Positions 9,042 to 20,168 of a DNA stretch of 64,000 nt are shown piece by piece. How positions within the stretch are numbered: position 1 is the stretch's first letter; each line of letters opens with the position of its first letter. Both the position numbers and the translations under genes were made by a program. Below the pieces are notes generated by a model that made no database searches, was not told the DNA's origin, and saw only the letters and a list, made by a program, of their open reading frames with translations. The DNA is from a virus, in IMG/VR virus record IMGVR_UViG_3300032897_000001, positions 1 through 64,000 of that record, one strand, 5' to 3'.

Positions 9042-11382
9042 GCGGCGTGCGCCTTTGGGGGATAACCCGTAGGGTTATCTTTTATTATGCCCGATGGGAG
9101 GATGACCAGACATGAGTTCCGAAGTTGGTCGTGACACGACTTATGTGTTTGTTCGACGCACGGAACACGAAGCATTGCTGGCCGCGGCAAGAACGTGGAT
9201 AGATGAAAACTGGGATATCGTGCGAAGCGCGGACAAGTCCGAAATTCAATGCCAGTGCAGTTTCTGTCAAACGCGGCACGCGATCTATATGGCACTGCGT
9301 GCCGCCGGCATAGAGCACAAACCATGACATCCGATGACATACATCTTATCAAGAGCGATCTTTTGACGGACTACTATGAAGACTGGTCAAAGGTCCGCTC
9401 TCCAAGCCGCGCGCGTCGGCGTATGCGGTATGGTCACAAACAAAACGTGATTCTGCGAAGAAAGATGGTGGATTATCAAATCGGGCGATCGTTGATGCTG
9501 TATTCGGATGTGTGGATGAGGTTGAAAAATGATAACAGTTACGGATTCAAAGATTGAACTTGTGGCACGGGCGTTGCGCAGGAAGCGCGCGGAACTTATT
9601 GCCCGACCATTGGAGCGCATATATCCTGATCTTGCTAGGACCGCCTTAGAAGTGATCCTGGAGGATTCCACGAAAGGATCAGTCATGTTTGAACTCAATG
9701 CACAAGTGCTTCCAGAGACTCCAACCATACTATCACCACCATAACCTCCTGTTGCCTACAATCAGGAACAGGCATACCGATTTTTCGAAAAAGATCACCA
9801 AGTAGTTCTTTGTGTAACCGTTCCATCTGCGCTCTACACCACCAACTGCGCAGAAGCTCACGCGTTTTTCGAGGAATGCGAGCGAAAGGAAGATGAGGTA
9901 ACAACGATACAGGATGTTATCGAAGATATCGGGTTTGATATGCACGATTCGGAAGCAATCCTGAATGCCTTGGTACCGGCGCCCGAGGCAGTGCGGCGGG
10001 AACTCGCAGGGTTGTTGCTGCCGGAGGAACCCGCACAACAGTCTTTCACTGAAGAAACAATCAGGCGTGCCGCACTTGCTTTCGCGATTGCAGATGGGTG
10101 TGGGATGTCCTTTAACGGCGAATCTGTGTTGTGTTGCGATCCACGCACGGAACAGCCGAATGCTCCGGATCGTTGCTCATGTCTGGTTGGAACGCGCGCC
10201 GCTCTTGAAACCACTCGCAAAAAGGATGTGAAATCATGATAGTGTTCTACATGCTACAGGTAATCGTGTGCCACGACTACCAAGACCCGGATTCGTGTGT
10301 TTGGCGCGATCAACCGCCTGCTTACCGCAGGGAAAGTGATTGTTGGCAAGCGGCACGCGCCTGGAAGAATCAGCACGGCACTGCGGCGACGTGCACACCA
10401 GATGTACACAGGAATCCGTGATGACTGAAAAAACACTGTGCATCACAATGGAATGGCGAGCGGATGACACTTTCACCCCAATCAAGAGTGTCCGATTTTT
10501 TATTCCGGAAGGCACGCTAAGGGAAGCAAAGGATGTGTCTTACCTGATTTCACAGTATGCTATCGAGATGTTTAAGGATCTTAGGATGTATGCAGCGGAT
10601 TAACTGGAGGAAGATCAAATATGGCAGACAATAGTAAACCGTCGTTGTGGGTATGCTCTCATTGCGGTTTCAGCATTCGGAGCGAGACAAAGCCAAGCAA
10701 ACTTACTTGTAACTCAAATCCTGCAGGAAAATCCGCAGGACACGATTACCAAGTGAAATCAGCATAACAATGTGGGTTAGTAACCGACATTATGTCGGTT
10801 ATTAACGATCTAACCGACATAGAGGGGGAAACGATGGCAGATGAACCAACTAAGCCAACATGTATCGGATGCGAGCATGTTCGCGTGCACGACTGGCATT
10901 ACTTCTATTGTCGTGATATTGGCAACAAGTCGCTTCCCGAAGACTGGACATGGTGGTTTTCTGGTGCCACGGTGCGGGTGTGGAGTTATCCAAAACCACA
11001 TAAATACTGCAAGTTATCCAATGTTATGCAGAACACAGAGGAATCAGGTTTAGTACAATGACGGTGCGGTGGCGTCTCGAAAACAAGCTGACCGGCCTGA
11101 CGTATGTCCGGGAAATCAAGGTTCTCCCGGGTTCGTCTGAAGAGGAAATCGCCCGTGCGGTAAAAGAAGACATGTGGAACGTGTTTTCTCTGTCATGGAA
11201 AGAAAAGCATGACTGATTGGATAAAACGCAGACGGGAATGCACCAAGTGCTTTGGCGGATACTGCGAAGGCGGGTTTCCAGGCTATCGGTGGGTAGTAGT
11301 ATGCGAGTGCCAACCGCGGACTATGCCGGAGTTGATTGAGGCAGCGGCACAGGAACGCGCGGCGAACGTTGCTGTCAAGCAG

Positions 11383-11419
11383 TCTTGAATACCCCGGCCT
11401 GCCGGGTTAAAAGCAGGAG
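11383..11419 (+). repeat. Solitary copy of the 37-nt repeat overlapping the RBS of the gcrA-like gene
   Basis: aataccccggcctgccgggttaaaagcaggag ends 12 nt before ATG 11432. Confidence 0.88.
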
Positions 11420-11431
11420 AAAAAGTAGACC

Positions 11432-12100
11432 ATGACAGAGCAACAACAGCGTTTGGATTTTTGGGCACAGTGCACACCGCTTCTTAGGAAGCTGGCCGCG
11501 GAAGGCGTCACCGCGCCCAAAATCGCCATGCGTTTGTTTGAAGAGACAGGAACCCCGATTTCCTCGCGATCGGTACGGGAGAAGGCACAGCGTCTCGGAA
11601 TCAAACTCGTCTCAACGATTTCGGAATCCCCGTGGGATGGCAAGACTGAACAGCTTAAGGAAATGTGGGAACAGGGCGTAAGTGCATCACAGATCGGTGC
11701 TAAGCTTGGCTTGTCCCGTAGTGCAATTATTGCCAAGGTGCATAGGCTGGGTTTGCCACGGCGCATGTGGGTGACGCCAGCGATTAAACCACAACTCGCG
11801 CCACAGCGGCCATTGTCGAATGTCAAGCCTGCAACTAAGGCATTGCCGAAACCTGCGGCAAAGCCTGTGTCGCAGGTTAAGTCTGATGATACGGACTTTC
11901 CCGTAGAAAGTGGACATGGGGAATCCGACACTACAGAGACGCGTACATCAAAAAACTGCTCTATCATGGAGTTGGACAGCCAGCACTGTCGCTGGCCTAT
12001 CGGGAAGCCCGGGACACCGGATTTTTGCTATTGTGGAGAAACACCGGTACGCGGCAATGTGTATTGTGCTAAGCACCATCGCATGGCGTACAATCTGTAA
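11432..12100 (+). CDS. gcrA: GcrA-family cell-cycle transcriptional regulator
   Basis: LKEMWEQGVSASQIGAKLGLSRSAIIAKVHRLGL plus C-terminal CRWPIGKP...FCYCG...YCAKHHRMAY. Carries an extra N-terminal HTH-like segment. Confidence 0.9.
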   Translation: MTEQQQRLDFWAQCTPLLRKLAAEGVTAPKIAMRLFEETGTPISSRSVREKAQRLGIKLVSTISESPWDGKTEQLKEMWEQGVSASQIGAKLGLSRSAIIAKVHRLGLPRRMWVTPAIKPQLAPQRPLSNVKPATKALPKPAAKPVSQVKSDDTDFPVESGHGESDTTETRTSKNCSIMELDSQHCRWPIGKPGTPDFCYCGETPVRGNVYCAKHHRMAYNL

Positions 12101-13971
12101 ACGTGCGGGGGACTGTGATGACGTTTGATGAACTGACGGAAAAGCTAAGCTTGGCGTCGGCAGGAGATTCCGAACTTGATCGTGAGATTGCGCGCATCGC
12201 GACGGAGCATCCACGACATCTCGTCAATTACTACACCAGTTCTATCGACACAGCATTGAAACTGGTGCCGGATGGTTGCAACTGGTCAATTCGTTACTAC
12301 AAGGACAAGCGAAGTTATGGCGCATGTGTCGGCGATGATTCGTTGTTCCATGGCAAGACGGCTGCACTGGCTCTGTGTATCGCGGCGATGTTTGCGTGGT
12401 ATCGCGCACAGAAGCAAAGAGAACTCACATCAATGACTGTTGATCAGGCTATCGCCCTTGTAGAAATGGCCGCGGCGGGTCGAACGAAATATGAGGGCGC
12501 GCCAAGCCGTGCGGATGAAGTTCTGGTTGCAGAGGTAAAGCGGCTCAGAAAGTGCGTTACCAGTATGGAAGATCTACTACACGACGCCCGGGAAAACCTT
12601 GACGATCGCGGCGAATGTTCTCAACGGATTGAGCAGTATCTAAACCAACATCGCGGCTGAGCATTCCCCCCGTCTCAGCGGCGACTACGCCTCTCCGCAG
12701 CCCGGAATCCTCCTGCGGAGAGGCGGCCCCTGTTCACGTGGAACACAGGAAGCGCCCCAGCATGTCCTCACGCGCATTCGATCTATCCCGCGGTTTACGG
12801 CTAATGGTGTCTACATTACCGCCAGAAATGGCGCGGCGCACGCTGGCGTGGAAGTCTGCGGAAACTCTTGAAAATCAGCAAAAAATCATTTATGAACTGA
12901 TTAGGGCAGTTGACAAGCTACACGCTCCGGACAGTCTAAAGGAAATCATCGGCAGTTACGGCGACGCGTTATCCGATGATGAAGTGTTCCGCAGGTTGGT
13001 GGCATGGAGTGAAGAGGATCGGGAATGCTCACAGGAATCGACTACATAATCTTAGACACACTCAAGGAATCCCGCGCATGGCGCACAGGTAAGGTGTCCA
13101 ATAAGGTGACTTTATACACCGGACATAAGACTGCCCGTGAGAGGACCGCGTTTTTCCGTGGGCAATTGCTACGATTGAAGGGTATGGGACTTGTCGAATA
13201 TTTAGACACAGGTCCGGTTATACAATGGATTCGGACTTCCGCGGGGACACAAGAGTTAGAGAAGGCATACCGAAATGGGTGGCCCGATAGAGAATAGGAA
13301 ATGACAAAACCTAATCCCCTGATCGCACAAGCGGCCGAAGACTGGTTGGACAACGATCATAAATGCTTTGTCTGTGGATCTACTGTTTCGGTCTATGCCT
13401 GCCACCCTTTAGAGACATCCGGGGACATTATCAAATACCGTCCGGAGGCTGTTGAAGAAGATTGGTGGGTGGCATGTGACAATGCCGACTGTGCCCATGC
13501 CTATGGGCAGGGCACAACCCAATGGGGTGTTTCTTGGGTAAGACGTTTTGACAAGACATTGTCTTGATATCCTGTCAATGGAGTCACAGCACATGTCAGA
13601 TATTAGTCACACGAGGATTTTTATCCGATGTCTGATGGAACGAAAAGGCACCCAGTGGCAGGCATTTTCTCTTGAATTTGGACTAGCTGCACAAGGCGAT
13701 TCCTATAACGAAGTATACCAAAAGTTGGAATTGATGGCCGCATGGTATGTTCACGATTCTTTGTTTGACCAGGATAAAGAGCATGCATATAAACTTATGC
13801 GACGCAGGGCGCGTTGGCAAATCTTTGCCCGCTATTACATAGCACGAATGTTTCATAATAGACTTGACACGATCACACGAATCATGTCTTTGTGCGCACC
13901 ATGTCTAACGAGACTCCCCTTCGGCTCTTACGACTGCGCAGCGGAATCTAATAGATTCCGCTAATAATTAC

Positions 13972-14048
13972 GCGCGCGTAGACCAACGGTAGAGTCCGGT
14001 TCCTCAAAAGAACTCCAAGTATCGGTTCGAATCCGATCGCGCGCACCA
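13972..14048 (+). tRNA. tRNA-Leu(CAA) with a short variable region
   Basis: Cloverleaf with acceptor GCGCGCG/CGCGCGC, anticodon loop CT-CAA-AA, TTCGAAT T-loop and encoded ACCA. Confidence 0.88.
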
Positions 14049-14099
14049 CGTGTTAACAACTTCGGTTGTTTTTAACACGTCTCGCCGACGTGTTAATGC

Positions 14100-14173
14100 G
14101 GCTCCCTAGTCCAATTGGCAGAGACGACGGTTTTAGAAACCGTGCGTTCCGGGTTCGAATCCCGGGGGAGCCA
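14100..14173 (+). tRNA. tRNA-Leu(TAG) with a short variable region
   Basis: Cloverleaf with acceptor GGCTCCC/GGGAGCC, anticodon loop TT-TAG-AA, TTCGAAT T-loop and discriminator A. No CCA. Confidence 0.88.
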
Positions 14174-14198
14174 TTTAATAGCATGTTCCACACATACA

Positions 14199-16574
14199 TT
14201 AGAACGGCGGCAACTCGTCTGAGACCGTATCCCGTACTTCGGGCTGTGTCGCCCGCGCCATTACCATGGCTGCGTCAAGCCTCTCCCGTACCGACAAATC
14301 CGTGCGCCCATAGATCATTTGCCGCTTGGTGGCACCTGCGGCATTGATAGGAAGTCTCCACAGTCCTTGTTTAGAGTCCGGATTATTAACGGGTACATAG
14401 CCGGCATTCTCCATGCGATGCGGGATGACGCGTGCGCTCTTGCGATCGGACAGCCATCGGGCAAAATCCGAGTCTGCTGCTTCGGCAAGCACCATTGCCA
14501 ATGTGAGCACAGGAGGCTTTCCTAGCCTCTCCAAAACGTCTTCAAGTTCTGCGTCATCATTGGATCTGCCAGCATTCACCGCAGCCCAGAACGCCTCTGT
14601 CTTAGGAGGCGGAGCCTTTGGATCGAATCCGGACAGGTCCAGCGCCAAAAGATACGCCATCACGTCAGCGGCGCCACCTTGTTCATAATATTGGTACAGT
14701 TCATTGAAGTAGGAGACACTGAGCGTTCCCGCCGTCATTTCGGACCACGTCATATAATGGCGCCTGTCATCGGCAGGCATGTAGAGTGCATCCCGATGGT
14801 TCGTGGTCATGATCACGCCAACGGCGTTGACAATGCTGTATTCCCGTGTGTTCTTTTCATCAATGCGGAGCACATCCGGAGGCGCGGCAAGTAGGATCTT
14901 GGTGTGGTCGTAGAATTGATATCTGTCCACATCTCCCATGTCCCGTGCCTCGGAGACACGGAGGATGACGGATTTGAGGAACCCGTTGAACCTGCCCAAC
15001 AATGAAACAGGTGTTGTTTCCTGGAAATTCCACGGTCCTATAGCAATTTTGACCGGTTCCAAAATGGAATCCTTACCGATTCCCGGCTCGCCTCCAAGCA
15101 CAAGAGCATGGTTTAGCTTCTGTCCTGGACGCTGCACACGGTGGGCAAGCCATAGAACAATTCTCTCGGCATAATCCGGATAGATGTTTCGGACATGCTG
15201 GAGCCACTTTTCCGCACCTGCGGCATTTCCTGGGGTAAGTGTCGGCGGACGGTAGAAGTTGAAGCAATTCACGCCTTCCCGATCAATCCAACCGCCCTCG
15301 GATGTCAACCTGTCCCGGATGATCATTGGCAGTCCGGGCGCCCATGTTGTCTGTTCCACGGGACGGTTTTTATCCAGCCATGATGACGCTTTTTTCCCAA
15401 GCCGCGCGTCTACGCTGGTTTTGGGCCACATTTCCCGCGTTGGTATAAAAATAAATGTGTGCGTCGGCATGTGTGCATAAAAATCATTCAATGTCAGCTT
15501 TGCCCGGCTTTTGGGCGGTTCTTCATCATTATTGGGCGTAACCGTGCCATTTGGCAGACGATCCGGGCGGACAGCATTGGACAACGCTGTACGTGTCGGT
15601 TCGTCACCACGAACACGACGCATGTCGTTGAAATCAGTATCTTTTTCATTGCGGATTACACCTGAAAAGTCAGGAACAGCCACCAGCCCTTCAAGTGCAA
15701 TGGCTGCTTTGGTTGCTGCCTCCATGCCCGGGTTCATAGGTTTTCCATTGACAACGGTTTTCCAGTCGTCATCAGCGGCAAAAATCAACTCAGAGTCTGG
15801 CCACAGGTTCCGGGCATATTCGCCCGCTTCCATGACTTTGTTTGACGCGAACGCGACGATTACGGCACAGCCTGTGAGTTCTGCGATGGTCGCCGCTGTG
15901 GCAAATCCTTCGGCAACGTAAACACGCGGCGTTTCACGTGAAACGTCTGCTTGCTCGGCAGGGATGACATAAAGGCTTCCTCGGACCCTACTGCCTTTCG
16001 CATAAAGCTTGCTGCCACTTGTCGAGATGGTTTGCAGAGACCAAATCAACCCGTCATCCCCATATAACGGGATAAGCAGCGTATCGCCCTCTTGCCTTAT
16101 GTCATAGGTGCCAATGCTCTTTTTTACGAGATAGGCATGTTCCGCGTTAGCGGGCTTGGCAGCCTCGAAACGTTGGCGGCACGCCATGGCCACACGTTCC
16201 CAGGCAGCTTGTTGGCGCGCCTTGGCTTCTTCCTGTTCCCGGCGATTAGCCGCGATGGCGCGGTCAATTTGCTCTTGTTCTTCCTGGGTAAGAGGGCGGT
16301 CTGTTTTTTGATAATAAGAGGATTCCCAACCCAGCGAATCCGTATAATTTATGATTGTCCACCGCGGCCAGCCGTCTGTGTCATACACATATTGCGCGTC
16401 ACCGCGCCCGGAACGGCCTTTGTTGGCAGCGTTGGCACGGGGCCAGGAACCGTCTGAGGCGCGGCCAATGACGACGTTGCTCCGGGCAAGACTGATTTGG
16501 CGTTTTTCAAGATCCTGTCTAAATTGTCTTTCTGCTTCAGCTAAATCATTACGTGTAAGCGGACCCTGAAGCAT
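14199..16574 (-). CDS. TOPRIM primase fused to an SF3/DUF5906-type helicase
   Basis: YVAEGFATA and ADDD TOPRIM motifs, TDFND, and Walker A GGEPGIGKDS. Confidence 0.88.
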   Translation of the reverse strand: MLQGPLTRNDLAEAERQFRQDLEKRQISLARSNVVIGRASDGSWPRANAANKGRSGRGDAQYVYDTDGWPRWTIINYTDSLGWESSYYQKTDRPLTQEEQEQIDRAIAANRREQEEAKARQQAAWERVAMACRQRFEAAKPANAEHAYLVKKSIGTYDIRQEGDTLLIPLYGDDGLIWSLQTISTSGSKLYAKGSRVRGSLYVIPAEQADVSRETPRVYVAEGFATAATIAELTGCAVIVAFASNKVMEAGEYARNLWPDSELIFAADDDWKTVVNGKPMNPGMEAATKAAIALEGLVAVPDFSGVIRNEKDTDFNDMRRVRGDEPTRTALSNAVRPDRLPNGTVTPNNDEEPPKSRAKLTLNDFYAHMPTHTFIFIPTREMWPKTSVDARLGKKASSWLDKNRPVEQTTWAPGLPMIIRDRLTSEGGWIDREGVNCFNFYRPPTLTPGNAAGAEKWLQHVRNIYPDYAERIVLWLAHRVQRPGQKLNHALVLGGEPGIGKDSILEPVKIAIGPWNFQETTPVSLLGRFNGFLKSVILRVSEARDMGDVDRYQFYDHTKILLAAPPDVLRIDEKNTREYSIVNAVGVIMTTNHRDALYMPADDRRHYMTWSEMTAGTLSVSYFNELYQYYEQGGAADVMAYLLALDLSGFDPKAPPPKTEAFWAAVNAGRSNDDAELEDVLERLGKPPVLTLAMVLAEAADSDFARWLSDRKSARVIPHRMENAGYVPVNNPDSKQGLWRLPINAAGATKRQMIYGRTDLSVRERLDAAMVMARATQPEVRDTVSDELPPF

Positions 16575-16637
16575 ATGCAGTCTCGTTTATTTTTTTAGGA
16601 TTGCGGAGGGGGCGAGACGTGATAGAACTGCGTTCCC

Positions 16638-16707
16638 GGCAGGTGTGTCGGGATTTAGGCGGGGTTTGGCCGGGCAAGCCTGGGTCGATTGAGGTGTGGC
16701 CGGTTAA
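16638..16707 (+). repeat. Dispersed GGY-NN pentamer unit
   Basis: ggca ggtgt gtcgg gattt a ggcgg ggttt ggccg ggcaa gcctg ggtcg attga ggtgt ggccg gttaa; intergenic. Confidence 0.65.
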
Positions 16708-17161
16708 AAACTTTAAAAACAAGTGCCCCGGCAGGGTCTAATCTGCCGGGGCAATCTTGGTGTGAATCCGCCGCACTTCATCATAGCGCCGCGATGCACG
16801 CGCACGTAGAATGTGGCGCTGAAATAAATTTCTCAGCGGCGTTTTCGGAATACCGACATCATTGGCGAAACGATCCAACTGATGCGCGCCCGCGGCATTG
16901 GCGAGTTCTGCCAGTTCTGCCTCCAGTGCGTGATATTGTGGCATCAGTTCTCGGGCGGCACGCACCGCCTTGTCATATGCCGTGTCATCCATGGTATATC
17001 CCCTTACATAGACCCGCCGCAACACCGCGGCTCATGGCTAGTGTATAGCCTATGTGCGCGAGGGTGGCGAGAGGGATTTTTGAATTTTTTTTCAAAAAAG
17101 CATTTACATAGCGACGCGACGCATGCTAGACGTGTTTTCAGAACAACGGGGAGACAAATAG

Positions 17162-18721
17162 ATGAACCGGGATTGGCAGCTTTGCAAGCGGTACGAAGTC
17201 CACAAGTTCCAGGATGGTGTCTTGGTTCCGCTCTTTGATCATGAGACCGGACAGCCTTTGCGCTATCATGGGGAGTCGTTGGCACGGTGGGTTGCGGACA
17301 ACGAACCGTGTGTTTGCACGGTCGTGGAAGTGCTGTGGCCGGTGAAGCTTGCCAATTATCCCAACTAGAGGAAGACAACAACAATGTCTGACATCCTTGA
17401 ACATCCGTTCAAACCCGGTGTCCGCGTCGTCATAAAGCGGCACACGGGTTATCGGGATAGTCCCATTTACTACAGAGAATCCACGGTGGACAAGGTCCGC
17501 AAGGATGGTCGGTTCACTGTCAACGGTTTAGACGGGCAGTGGACGCCCTCCACAATGCACCGCCCGCGATGGACAGCATATCGCCGCGGTGATCAAAACA
17601 CGGTCTACCTTCGTGATAAAGCGATGGAACAGGAGTTGTTGGCCGCGCGTGCGACGCGTATCCGGGAAACCAAGTTCTATGACGCCTTGAAAGCGTTAAA
17701 CGAAGTGCGGCGGAATAGAATCACGGATCAACTCGCTGCTGCCTTGGAAAATGCAGTCCTCGCGATCACGGTTTCCGACTCTGAAACGGAAGGTGAAATA
17801 TGATTGACACGGACATCATGAAAACGTTGCGGCTTGCCGAAGACGCCTTGAACGAAGCGCTGGATGTGGAAGGAAATCCGCTGTTTCTTCCGGATTGGGA
17901 TAAGATCCGGCGTGCGATCAAGTCGGTGCGGAGCACGGTTGTCAGTATGAAGGTTGCTTCGCAACAGAGTACTGTAGCAACTGCTGACGCCACAATTCAG
18001 CGCGTAGCGCTGGCAATGATTAACGCTGTGCGGAAGCAACACGGATTTGACACCATATTATGGACGGACCCGAGGCTGTCGCCAGAAGATACGATGAATT
18101 ATCTTATGCTCGCGCGCACTGCGCTGGAAGTTGTGGCACAACAAGGGAGATTCATCCGATGAATGAAACTATAATCAAGCACACGTTGAAGATACTGGCC
18201 GCGTTATTCGGGCTGTTCCTATTGATCATTGCCCGAACTTTCTCGGGCGCCTTTACGGGGTGGGTAGTCGGGCTGGCATTCAGTGGTGCCATTCTGGGTA
18301 TCCTTGATCAAATCGGCCTGCATTCTGTGTCCATGTGGCAGTTTGGCGCCCTTCTGGGCTTTGTAAGTGGCTTTTTTAGCCGACTTGAGGACAGGAAATG
18401 AATCAACAGGAAATCGAAGCACGGTTGATTTCTAACAGCCTCGCTGCGTGGGAATCACATAGTAAGGAAGTCAAGACGTTCCCGGGGGAAATGCGGGAGA
18501 CATATGCAGCCGTTGGGGCGTTGCTCCGGTGGATACAATCACAGGGCATGTCTCCAGCACAAGTCTGCGAGGTTTCAACCATAGTGAACAGCCTGCTTGC
18601 TCAGCAGGCATGCCAAAGTTTTCCGGCTTATGAGAGAATCTGGAAAGCTGTCATAAAGGCACAAGACAGTGCATTCGAAGTGCTTGGCAAGGCGCGTTGG
18701 GGAGAGCAAGACAATGATTAA
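17162..18721 (+). other. Five short hypothetical ORFs downstream of an A/T-rich promoter-like element at about 17077-17110
   Basis: ORFs starting at 17162, 17384, 17800, 18159 and 18398, with RBSs and overlaps. Confidence 0.65.
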
Positions 18722-19178
18722 GTTGCGTTTCGTCACAGGCAACGACTTCGTATCGTCAGTTATCCGGGCTGCCGAACGTGATGGTTGGTGCAGTCACGTG
18801 GAAGCCGTTCTTGCAGACGGTTCCTTGTTGGGAGCGCACTTCAACGGCGGTGTTGCGATCCGTCCCGCAGGTTACGACAAGGACACGTTGAAACGGGAAC
18901 TTTTTGTGGAGTTGCCCGGTTCACAGTTTCATGTAGGGATGTTCTACGAATTTCTGCACGAACAAGTCGGTAAGCCATATGACACGACGGGTGTTGTTGG
19001 CTTGGCAGTTGGCAGAGACTGGCGGGAACAGGATAGCTGGTTCTGTTCCGAATTGATTGCCGCGGCATTAGAAGAGTGCAGCTATGTTCACAGGCTCTCG
19101 TCTGTGAGCAACCACATATCACCGCGTGATCTGTTGCTGGTGTTATCCGGTATTGCACCGATACTGGACGCGATGTAG
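18714..19178 (+). CDS. Permuted papain-like NlpC/P60 (YiiX-like) peptidase/amidase
   Basis: CSHVE...VGKPYD...WFCSELI, with His before Cys (permuted order). Confidence 0.8.
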   Translation: MIKLRFVTGNDFVSSVIRAAERDGWCSHVEAVLADGSLLGAHFNGGVAIRPAGYDKDTLKRELFVELPGSQFHVGMFYEFLHEQVGKPYDTTGVVGLAVGRDWREQDSWFCSELIAAALEECSYVHRLSSVSNHISPRDLLLVLSGIAPILDAM

Positions 19179-19396
19179 GGGAGAGGTAGCGCCATGAATG
19201 TCGAATTGAGCAAAGAAGAAATTGTGGCCTTGGCTGAATGGCACCGCAAGCGTGCAAGAGACATGGCAGAGGATGAGTTTTACGAATCGGCAGTAGCCTA
19301 CAAATCACGGTGTGATCAATTACTGGAACTGAATCGCATTGAAGAGGAAAAGGTAAAGGCGGAGCAGGTGGCTACATCTGGCAAGCGGGGAGCACG

Positions 19397-20020
19397 ATGA
19401 AGAACGACACATCTGCACAGGACGCAGCAACTTTCCTTGTGTCTCTAGAGATGCGCGTTGCTGATCCTGCACCAAACAATGACGCAACACGGCGGGTCCG
19501 CGATCTGGTGGCATTGGCCCTTGAATATGACAGAGAAAAAGCCGCGTTAGAGGACAGGCTAGAACACATCAATGCAGCCAGGATCAATATCCGACACAAG
19601 GAGTTGCCGCTGGCCATGGACACAGCGGGGTTGCTTGATACGACTTTCCCCGCGGAAAAGGGCGTTCCCGAAGCGCGAGTTTGCTTGAAGCCTTATTTCA
19701 AGGCGAATATTGCGGCGGACTGGGATGAGAGCAGGCGCCGCGCCGCGTTTGATCACTTAGCCGAATTGGGCGCCCAGGACTTGATCAAGACCGAAGTCAC
19801 GGTTTATTTTCCGCGAGAACAGCGAAAAGCAGCCGTTGACTTTGCCGCTGAAATCCGCGATCGGTATGGCGACATTCGCGTGCAGATCTCAGAAAATGTC
19901 CCGTGGATGACGTTGACGAGTTGGCTGAAGGAGCGCGTAAAGAAAAACGTGGTGACAGCGAAGACGCTGGAATTAATTGGAGGTATTATTGGACGGATAG
20001 TTGATATCAGGATTAGGTAA
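19397..20020 (+). CDS. Conserved phage replication-region protein
   Basis: 207-aa ORF with coiled-coil N-terminus and a VPWMTLTSWLKER motif. Confidence 0.6.
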   Translation: MKNDTSAQDAATFLVSLEMRVADPAPNNDATRRVRDLVALALEYDREKAALEDRLEHINAARINIRHKELPLAMDTAGLLDTTFPAEKGVPEARVCLKPYFKANIAADWDESRRRAAFDHLAELGAQDLIKTEVTVYFPREQRKAAVDFAAEIRDRYGDIRVQISENVPWMTLTSWLKERVKKNVVTAKTLELIGGIIGRIVDIRIR

Positions 20021-20137
20021 GGCAGGCGTGGTCGGGCGTGGCGTGGATGGGCATGGTGCGGCTGGGTGAGGCAGGCGGGGTATGGCTCGTTTCGGTGCGG
20101 CTAGGCGCGGTGGGACCGGGCACGGTTAGGCAGGCCG
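20016..20137 (+). repeat. GGY-NN pentamer array A: 2 units of 9 and 11 pentamers, punctuated by GGCA
   Basis: Strict 5-nt phase, reset by GGCA at 20021, 20070 and 20129. Confidence 0.9.
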
Positions 20138-20168
20138 CTAATTTTCAACTTTAACCTGGAGAAGACAA

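Larger units (their letters stand above)
5282..13964 (+). other. Run of roughly 25 short, closely packed phage hypothetical ORFs
   Basis: Consecutive plus-strand ORFs with RBSs and overlapping start/stop codons. Includes the Cys-rich paralogue pair ending at 7317 and 7667, and related domains in 7847..8221 and 12118..12660. Confidence 0.7.
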
